Assembly: GCA_016193315.1 (NCBI GenBank)
Contig: JACPSJ010000001.1
Span: 663,478-727,477, forward strand
Reading direction: 5' to 3'
From: Candidatus Kerfeldbacteria bacterium
GTDB taxonomy: Bacteria; Patescibacteriota; Patescibacteriia; SBBC01; CAIJZX01
DNA length: 64,000 bases
The position numbers and the translations under genes are program-made. Within the stretch, counting starts at the first letter, position 1, and every line of letters begins with the position of its first letter. Positions 27,768 through 34,537 of this stretch are shown here, piece by piece. Below the pieces are notes generated by a model, which was given only the letters and a program-made list of their open reading frames with translations, had not been told where the DNA came from and did not search any database.

Positions 27768-28175
27768 CTAAACGCGCCCTAGTAAAACCGATGGACTATG
27801 TTCGAGTCGTGCCAGCCAGCGCTGATACTGTCGCGGCGGAGACAGAGAATGCCTGTTTTCGGGAGGTGCGGGAACACCTATTGTCTGGAGACTAATCGAA
27901 CCTGCCAGCGCTGCCAAAACCACAAACACTAGGGCTAACAGGAGGCCAGTAAACTGCCACGGCGGCAGTAAGTTACTGGTCAGCGATTGCAAGCTGCTAC
28001 CGTGGAATACAGCGGCTTCCGTAGTAGTCGCGTTCGGACAGACCTCATTCTGGATGGTTGCCGACAGACAGTTGTGGCTTTCGCCGACATGCATGCCGGT
28101 CCACCAAAAGGTAGACAGGCCCAGCAGCCCAATGAGGGCCAGGGTTCCGAGCAGTGTTTTGGTGAGCTGATTCAT
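27768..28175 (-). CDS. Small secreted/membrane protein with a Cys pair
   Basis: Signal/TM peptide. CLSATIQNEVC. C-terminal TM. Confidence 0.35.
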   Translation of the reverse strand: MNQLTKTLLGTLALIGLLGLSTFWWTGMHVGESHNCLSATIQNEVCPNATTTEAAVFHGSSLQSLTSNLLPPWQFTGLLLALVFVVLAALAGSISLQTIGVPAPPENRHSLSPPRQYQRWLARLEHSPSVLLGRV

Positions 28176-28340
28176 GAGGAATTCTGCTGCAATTCCACGA
28201 TACTACACACTGTAGTAGGTGTCAAGGCGGTCGGCTTTCGCCCGCCAGAAGATGCTTCATCTCTTGTGCCGGCAGGGGCTGGTGAAGGTTATCAGAACTG
28301 AAGTTTTGGGTTCAGCCCGGAGAAATTTTACATTCGCTGT

Positions 28341-28871
28341 TTATACCCTGATAAGCCGTATGATCTTATTCGATACTGCTACTGGTGACAGGTGCGTTGT
28401 TTCAATGGTGTAGTTATTGCCAAATGGAACAGCAGCGGACAAGTCAAACTTTTTCATCAGATCCCTAAGGTTCTTCACGTGTCGGATCTTGGTGAATGCT
28501 TTCCGAGAATGGTGTCGTATCCGTTTTTCAAGCTCATGTTGTGTGCAGGTTAGACGAACGAAAAACACCTGGACTCGACGACGACGCATGCGGCGAAGTA
28601 GTTCTTTCATCTCTTGATCATCTGCTTCAGCTCCATATACGAAGGTGGTAATCACCCCTTTGATGTTGTAGCGGGCAGCCGTTTCCAATAATTCGAAACG
28701 ATATCTTTTGACCAACTCATTATAGGGCTTACTCCCCCAATCAAAAAGGGAACACAGGAGTTCAATGGTCAAGTGATTATGTAGTACTTTAAATCCGGTT
28801 TTCTTGGCAAGTGATCGAGCAACCGTGAGTTTCCCAACTCCCGGTGGACCATACAAAACAATGAGTTTCAT
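28341..28871 (-). CDS. P-loop kinase, AAA_33/TmrB-like (low-GC, likely acquired)
   Basis: Walker A LIVLYGPPGVGKLTVARSLA at the N-terminus. ~177 aa. AT-rich. Start at the internal Met MKLIVLYG. Confidence 0.55.
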   Translation of the reverse strand: MKLIVLYGPPGVGKLTVARSLAKKTGFKVLHNHLTIELLCSLFDWGSKPYNELVKRYRFELLETAARYNIKGVITTFVYGAEADDQEMKELLRRMRRRRVQVFFVRLTCTQHELEKRIRHHSRKAFTKIRHVKNLRDLMKKFDLSAAVPFGNNYTIETTHLSPVAVSNKIIRLIRV

Positions 28872-28937
28872 AGGCTGAGTATAACATAAAATGAAAAACG
28901 AGCGGGTAAGGGTGTACCCGCTCGTTGGCGATTGCAT

Positions 28938-30581
28938 CTAGAGTCTTACTACCAAACGTTTTGCTTCCTGCTCTGCTTGCAACACGTAAGAAGCAAAGTC
29001 TGGCTGGCGGACTAGGTGTCCGTTCGAAAGGACGTAGAAATCCGAGGCCTTGAATCTTTCAAGAAAGTATCGGTCATGAGACACAAGGATGATCGTACCT
29101 TCGTATCTCGAAACCATTTCCTCGAGGGCTTCCAAGGCTTCCAGATCGAGGTGATTCGTGGGCTCATCAAGGACCAGGACATTCACCGACAACGCTGTAA
29201 AGGCTGCGAAAAGGAGGCGGGCACGCCCCCCTGGGGAAAGTGCCACCACTTTCTTCTCAAGTTCTTCAGCAGAGAATCCGTGACGGGCGGCCAAAGCGAA
29301 CGCATCTTGCACACTGACACCCGCCCGTTTCGTCAAGAACTCCTTGAGGCTTGATTCACGTGGTAGGTTGTCGTGTTCCTGCATCAGGTTGCCGAAGGTC
29401 AATCCCCCCCCAACGGATACATCACCATCCAGTGGCCGCAAATCTCCACTAATGGTTTTGAGCAAGGTCGACTTGCCGGATCCGTTGAGTCCAAGGATTA
29501 CAACCCGGCTTCCGTATGGGATGTGAATGTTGATCGGTCCGATCCGGAACTGCTCCCTTGGATATCCCGCAAACAGCCCTTTGAGGGTAATCTCGCGTGA
29601 ACCGTCTGGCTTTGACGCCTGCAAGCGAATCTGGAAAGCTTCTCGTTCGATGGGTTTTTCAATACGCTCCATCTGGTCGATTCGCTTTTCGATTGCCTTG
29701 GCGACCTTGCCCGATCGAGCAGACCGATCACGCTTGAAACCTCGAAGGAACTTGTCGTTATCCCGACCCTTGTATTGCGCACCCTGGGCTGCCTCGGCCT
29801 TTTTGGCCCGTGCTGATTCAGTCAGACGCTGGATTTCTTCTTGTTGTACTTCGTACGCCGCCAGCTGACGAGTCCGTTCCTTCTCGGACTGCCGAAGGTA
29901 ATCGGAGTATCGCCCATTGGTAACTGTCAACTTTCGGGTGTGAAAGTCGATCATCATGATTTTCCGGACCAAGCGATCCAGAAAAAGGCGATCGTGCGAA
30001 ACGATGATACAGGCCATTCGCGATCGTTCCAAGAAGGTCTCCAGCCAAATGAGTGCCAACAGGTCCAAATTGTTCGTCGGTTCGTCAAGTAGCAGTACGT
30101 CGGGATCGGACAATAGCACCCCGGCCATGAAGACCTTGCTTTTCTGTCCTGAAGACAGTGTGTAGATGGGTCGATCGGCGGCCGCTTGGTCGAGTCCAAG
30201 TCCAGCCAGCGTATACTGCATGCGATGCTCGAAGGAGTACCCTTGCCGGTGCTCAAACTCAGCCATTGCATCGGACGACTGCGAAGCACGCTGTTCAAGG
30301 CTCTGCATGCCGGAAATGCGATGTACATATTGCCGCACGGACTCATCACTGACCAAGCTGGTGTCTTGCGGGAGGTATCCAACCACCAGTCCTTGTCGGC
30401 GAGTCACTTCGCCAGCATCGGCTTCGATCTCTCCGGCCAGGATCTTAAGCAGGGTTGACTTGCCGGAACCGTTGTTTCCGACTAACCCAACCTTTTGCCC
30501 TTGCGACAGGGAAAACGTGATGTCATCGAGTACGGTTTTTATACCGTACATCTTCTGAATGTGTTCAGTTCGAAGTTCCAT
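28938..30581 (-). CDS. ABC-F family ATPase (two tandem ABC domains, no TMD; EttA/Uup/ARE-like)
   Basis: Two Walker A (GNNGSGKST, GLNGSGKST), two LSGG signatures, and a ~90-aa charged inter-domain linker. Confidence 0.85.
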   Translation of the reverse strand: MELRTEHIQKMYGIKTVLDDITFSLSQGQKVGLVGNNGSGKSTLLKILAGEIEADAGEVTRRQGLVVGYLPQDTSLVSDESVRQYVHRISGMQSLEQRASQSSDAMAEFEHRQGYSFEHRMQYTLAGLGLDQAAADRPIYTLSSGQKSKVFMAGVLLSDPDVLLLDEPTNNLDLLALIWLETFLERSRMACIIVSHDRLFLDRLVRKIMMIDFHTRKLTVTNGRYSDYLRQSEKERTRQLAAYEVQQEEIQRLTESARAKKAEAAQGAQYKGRDNDKFLRGFKRDRSARSGKVAKAIEKRIDQMERIEKPIEREAFQIRLQASKPDGSREITLKGLFAGYPREQFRIGPINIHIPYGSRVVILGLNGSGKSTLLKTISGDLRPLDGDVSVGGGLTFGNLMQEHDNLPRESSLKEFLTKRAGVSVQDAFALAARHGFSAEELEKKVVALSPGGRARLLFAAFTALSVNVLVLDEPTNHLDLEALEALEEMVSRYEGTIILVSHDRYFLERFKASDFYVLSNGHLVRQPDFASYVLQAEQEAKRLVVRL

Positions 30582-30740
30582 GGATGTCTTCTCCTTATTG
30601 TAGCCCGGATATCTCATCCAGGAAATATTGTCAAGGAACCACTAAAACGACTTGGTAAACTGACTGATAATTACACCATAAATCAAGCCCTGTCAATACC
30701 CAAAAGAAAAGCCCCGCACAGGTTGCATGCGGGGTTGAGA

Positions 30741-31608
30741 CTACGTGCCTTGCCAGAAATAAGGTTCTACTCCACGCTGGGCACACGAACAACTGAGGAT
30801 GTTAGGAGCGATTGCCAGGAAACGCTCAATCAACTCGTTGGTCTGCCGCGTGTTCGTGTGAAAGGCCTCGAGAACACGATCCATGGAACCTGGCTGCATG
30901 GAAATAGCACTGGGTACGCCAACGTCGTAGTCAGTCACTGATGCGACAGCGCCGTAGCAGATGCCGAGTTCGCGAGCGAAATAACACTCAGGATACTGGG
31001 TCATGTTCACGATGTCGCCGCCCCATTGCGCGAACAACTTGCTTTCGGCCATGGTGGCGAAACGAGGACCCTGGATCACTACGACGCATCCGCTTGAGTG
31101 GACGGTCAGGCCGAGAGAACTCAACTCTTTCGTGACCGCTTGGCGAATACTCGAACAGTACGGATACGCCATAGGCAAGTGCACGAGTCGCCGATCGACA
31201 TCGAACGTGTCGTCGCGCCCCCAAGTCAGGTTGATGAACTGGTCAGGAACAACGAAGTCTCCGGGCCCGATCTCTTCCCGTAGGCTGCCGACGACGCACG
31301 TTGCCAGGACGTGACACACTCCCATAGCTTTCAGCGCCGCCAGGTTGGCCTTGTACGGGACACGATGTGGAGGAATCGTGTGGTCATATCCGTGTCGAGG
31401 AATGAATGCGACGCTGACGGAACCTTGCTCAAACAAGCTGACAGGTGCCGAGGGCTTTCCGTGGGACGTATCCACATCGATACGTTGTGCTCGTTCAAGC
31501 TGTGGAATCGTGCAGAGACCGGAGCCTCCGATGATTCCAATGAGACGTTTCTCCCCGCCGGGGTTCGATTGCTCGGTCCGCCGGGAGGAGAGACCAGATG
31601 AGTTCACA
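30741..31608 (-). CDS. mtnP: S-methyl-5'-thioadenosine / 5'-deoxyadenosine phosphorylase (PNP-family MTAP)
   Basis: RLIGIIGGSGL, FIPRHG, HTIPPHRVPYKANLAALK, VLATCVVGSL motifs. Start assigned to GTG 31608 with SD AGGAGGTG; this overlaps the rSAM gene by 114 nt in the +1 frame. Confidence 0.75.
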
Positions 31609-32946
31609 TTGCACCTCCTGAGCGAACGTTGCGTTACAGACATCCTCGGCAGTTTCGCTGCCGTGGACCTCATACGAACTCCAGGCGCATCCACCGCCGT
31701 GCAAAGCGTTGGCAACCATGTTCTTGCCCATTTCCTGGTTGAAGATAGGCAAACGGTTTTGCCAAAGCCGCACAGTTGGAGAATTGCCGATTTGGAACTT
31801 CTGAGAAAGCTCCCTGACATGTCCGTGGTCATGACGTTGAAACGGGCAGTTTCCCACTTGGCCATCCGCTTGGATAACCAACTGGTTCCCGTAGCACGTG
31901 CAATCAACTGGATAGGGCAGACCGGTTCGCAGTGACTCTAACCTCTTCTGTAGCTGATACTCGTAGAAGGAGTCATCGTCCGACTGACCAAGCCCCTCCA
32001 GAACCGCCTGGGCGGCAGCCTTCGCGTAAGCAGCTGACTCCGCGAAAGAGAGCAGGCGCAGAGGTAAACCTTTGAGTAGGTTGAGGCCAAAGCCTTGCAC
32101 TCCTGCCGCCTTGAGCTGCGCTCGGAATTCCGGGATTCGCTGGATGTTATCCGGCGTCATTGTGGTCGACACCACCACCTGGACATCTTGTGTGACGAGA
32201 GCGTCGATAGCGTGGGTAATAACCGCACTCGTGCCTGTGTTCTCGCAAGTCCTTCGCGTCTTGTCGTTGGTGTCGCCCGGACCATCCATGCCAAGTGCGA
32301 CCTTGACGCTATAACGCTTGAGGAAATTCGCCAACCGCCCGTCGATCAACTGACCGTTCGTGCACAGCATTAACTCCAGCTTGGCTGGCAATCTCCCGGA
32401 CTCCTTTTCTGTCACGATTGCTGGCAGCAATTGTTCGAGAACCGAGCGGTTCAACAGTGGCTCACCACCATACATGATGACGAAATACGGCTCGTCATCA
32501 GGTGGGTACGCTTCGATATGCCGTCGCCACATGTCGACGCCCGCCATCGCATCTTCAAAAGTGAGCAAACGCTCACCGTAAAGCTTGGCTAGATCTGGAA
32601 TTGGACAACCTGTACATTTCCAGTTACAACCCTGTGCCAGCATCAGGTAGAGGATAGTTGGGCGTTGTAGTCTATGTCTTGCCAGAGATTGCGCGTCGGC
32701 AAGATCTACCTCATCAATTTGCTCGTCTGAATTAATGAGGCCTCGAACCTGCCAGTCTCTCACGAACTTTTCCGCAAGAGCCTGATTTTCGCCCGTCGCT
32801 AGGAAACCCTGGACTGCTGACCACTGGTCGGATGTTGTGAAGAGAGGTTCTGGGTGCAGTTGATGAAAAGCTGCAACCAGTCCGTCTCTCTCAAGCACTC
32901 GTAAGAACCGAGATCGGATTGGCCGCAAGTCATTCCACGCGTGCAT
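31495..32946 (-). CDS. Radical SAM / SPASM-domain enzyme with a ~95-aa N-terminal extension (candidate peptide-modifying maturase)
   Basis: CxxxCxxC (LAQGCNWKCTGCP). C-terminal SPASM-like Cys cluster CTCYGNQ...GNCPFQ...GGGCAWSS...C...C. SD GGGAGG upstream of the ATG. Confidence 0.75.
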   Translation of the reverse strand: MHAWNDLRPIRSRFLRVLERDGLVAAFHQLHPEPLFTTSDQWSAVQGFLATGENQALAEKFVRDWQVRGLINSDEQIDEVDLADAQSLARHRLQRPTILYLMLAQGCNWKCTGCPIPDLAKLYGERLLTFEDAMAGVDMWRRHIEAYPPDDEPYFVIMYGGEPLLNRSVLEQLLPAIVTEKESGRLPAKLELMLCTNGQLIDGRLANFLKRYSVKVALGMDGPGDTNDKTRRTCENTGTSAVITHAIDALVTQDVQVVVSTTMTPDNIQRIPEFRAQLKAAGVQGFGLNLLKGLPLRLLSFAESAAYAKAAAQAVLEGLGQSDDDSFYEYQLQKRLESLRTGLPYPVDCTCYGNQLVIQADGQVGNCPFQRHDHGHVRELSQKFQIGNSPTVRLWQNRLPIFNQEMGKNMVANALHGGGCAWSSYEVHGSETAEDVCNATFAQEVQCELIWSLLPADRAIEPRRGETSHWNHRRLRSLHDSTA

Positions 32947-33023
32947 TGTAAACCTCCCTAAAAAGAGACCCTTGATCCGGTGAAGGAGCAGGGGTCAGGG
33001 TTGACGCCGACAGGGTTGTCGGA

Positions 33024-33209
33024 TCACGCATCCAGCATCGGATTGGTACGCGCTTCGCGCCACTGCTCCTTGGTGAGCTTGACCTTGCCGCCGAAATCGT
33101 CGGCGATGGTCACCTCGTCGGAGTCGTGGTTGATCTCCACCGTCGGGCAGCAGCCCTGAACACCGCAGAGGGTGTGACGAGTGATGTTCGGAACCTTGTC
33201 CTGAGCCAT
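33024..33209 (-). CDS. 61-aa Cys-motif peptide (LCGVQGCCP), candidate precursor/substrate of the adjacent rSAM-SPASM enzyme
   Basis: Strong SD GGGAGGA 8 nt upstream of the ATG. Sits 78 nt upstream of the rSAM gene on the same strand. Confidence 0.5.
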   Translation of the reverse strand: MAQDKVPNITRHTLCGVQGCCPTVEINHDSDEVTIADDFGGKVKLTKEQWREARTNPMLDA

Positions 33210-33390
33210 TGTAGGGATCCTCCCTATTCGGGTGTGAAGGTGCTCCTAGAGCGATTTGCTCTAATTGGACGCATCTTAGCAATCGCCTCTCTTTTGTCAA
33301 GCGCCGTCGCGACGGCGCATTCTGGTTCTAACCTAACTTCGCCCTCTTAATGGAGGGGTAATGAATATTAATCGAAAAGTGTGGCAGGGG

Positions 33391-33411
33391 CACTAGGATT
33401 CGTCCCTGGGC
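33391..33411 (-). repeat. 21-bp direct repeat identical to the 3' end of tRNA-Trp (CGAATCCTAGTGCCCCTGCCA), 130 bp downstream of the gene
   Basis: tggcaggggcactaggattcg occurs at 33391 and again as the 3' end of tRNA-Trp at 33542. Confidence 0.7.
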
Positions 33412-33541
33412 AGCGGCGACTTGCCACTGACAACTCGCCGGACGCTTGAGCTTCGCCTTAAGCTCGCTCTCGCTCCTGCCCTTCGAATCCTCCCGTAGAG
33501 GTTGAATAATTTGTTGGGTTGCTTTGCGAAGTGGTTCTTTT

Positions 33542-33615
33542 TGGCAGGGGCACTAGGATTCGAACCTAGAATAGAGGTTTTGGAGACCTCCGTGATACCG
33601 TTTCACCATGCCCCC
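33542..33615 (-). tRNA. tRNA-Trp (anticodon CCA), CCA encoded
   Basis: RC = GGGGGCA TG GTGA AACGGTA TCAC G GAGGT CTCCAAA ACCTC TATT CTAGG TTCGAAT CCTAG TGCCCCT G CCA. Confidence 0.85.
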
Positions 33616-33642
33616 ACAACGGGCATATTGTACCGATTCCGG

Positions 33643-34086
33643 TTATTTTGTCGAGTCAGATGACTGCGTCCGGACCCAATCCTGGGCCTCCTTCAGACTC
33701 TTGCAGAAACGGACCTTGGGTCGTGCATCCCGGGTGATCATGAACGTTTGGGTGATAAACTTCTGCCAGGAAGTAAAATCGAGCATCGCCACGCGTCGCG
33801 TCTTCGGATCTTTAATCATCTGGGTAAACACCATGCGCATCGCCAGCGGCGGATTGTAATGGGCCGGTAACCGTTTCAAACTAACAATAGCGTCCCACTG
33901 GCGCGACGGATCGGCGCGTTTCAACTGTTCATAAAGATCGCGCGCCCAGTGCGCTTCACCTACCGTATCACGATGCTCTTCGACGCGTGGCCCTAACGTT
34001 AACTCCAGCACCTCGTCCTGATTGATCCGCCACGACCCGCCGGTCGGTGTATATTCTTGAGCTCGCAGTTCGGCCGGGATACCCAT
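33643..34086 (-). CDS. Hypothetical protein (147 aa)
   Basis: ORF immediately downstream of rpmG. No firm motif. Confidence 0.4.
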   Translation of the reverse strand: MGIPAELRAQEYTPTGGSWRINQDEVLELTLGPRVEEHRDTVGEAHWARDLYEQLKRADPSRQWDAIVSLKRLPAHYNPPLAMRMVFTQMIKDPKTRRVAMLDFTSWQKFITQTFMITRDARPKVRFCKSLKEAQDWVRTQSSDSTK

Positions 34087-34090
34087 AACG

Positions 34091-34246
34091 TTATTTAACC
34101 TCTTTGTGCAGGGTGTGTTTCTTATCCCACCGACAATACTTCTTGAGTTCGATCTTGTTCTTGAGTTTCTTTTTGTTCCGCGTGCTGTGGTAGTTGATGT
34201 GCTTGCAAATCGTGCACTGGAGTTTGATGAGGTTGTCCTGCGGCAT
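34091..34246 (-). CDS. rpmG: 50S ribosomal protein L33
   Basis: Translation MPQDNLIKLQCTICKHINYHSTRNKKKLKNKIELKKYCRWDKKHTLHKEVK. Not in the ORF track (below 60 aa). Confidence 0.85.
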   Translation of the reverse strand: MPQDNLIKLQCTICKHINYHSTRNKKKLKNKIELKKYCRWDKKHTLHKEVK

Positions 34247-34271
34247 ACAGTTTAAGTTAATGACTTTATCT

Positions 34272-34380
34272 TGGAGCCAGGACGATGCGAACCGCCGACC
34301 TGCTGTATTTCCCGCGCCAGCCTGGAGCCAGTGGTCGGATTTGAACCGACGACCTTCGCTTTATCCCGCCCCACAAGCCC
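34272..34380 (-). other. Two tandem orphan tRNA 3'-half fragments (T-arm + acceptor 3' strand + CCA), the distal one degenerate
   Basis: RC 34323-34380 = GGGCTTGTGGGGCGGG ATAAAGCGA AGGTC GTCGG TTCAAAT CCGAC CACTGGC T CCA. 34272-34320 is a decayed copy ending TGGCTCCA. Confidence 0.6.
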
Positions 34381-34455
34381 TGGAGCCCACGGTCAGATTC
34401 GAACTGACGACCGGCTGTTTACAAAACAGCTGCTCTGCCCCTGAGCTACGTGGGC
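34381..34455 (-). tRNA. tRNA-Thr (anticodon UGU), CCA encoded
   Basis: RC = GCCCACG TA GCTC AGGGGCA GAGC A GCTGT TTTGTAA ACAGC CGGTC GTCAG TTCGAAT CTGAC CGTGGGC T CCA. Confidence 0.85.
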
Positions 34456-34537
34456 TTGTGGGGCGGGACTCTTGACCCCGTTTCATGGTGCCTGGTCGGG
34501 GTGATACGAGTCATTCAATCTAGTATATACTATCACC

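Noticed and set aside
33412-33541. Second tRNA or tRNA-like gene between the tRNA-Trp 3'-end repeat copies.
   Set aside because: No 5' acceptor strand complementary to TGCCCCT. Only two short independent hairpins. No D or anticodon arm could be built.
34194-34475. 93-aa plus-strand ORF across the tRNA-Thr/fragment region.
   Set aside because: It is composed of reverse complements of tRNA sequences (the usual RTHDL-type artefact). It is not protein-coding.
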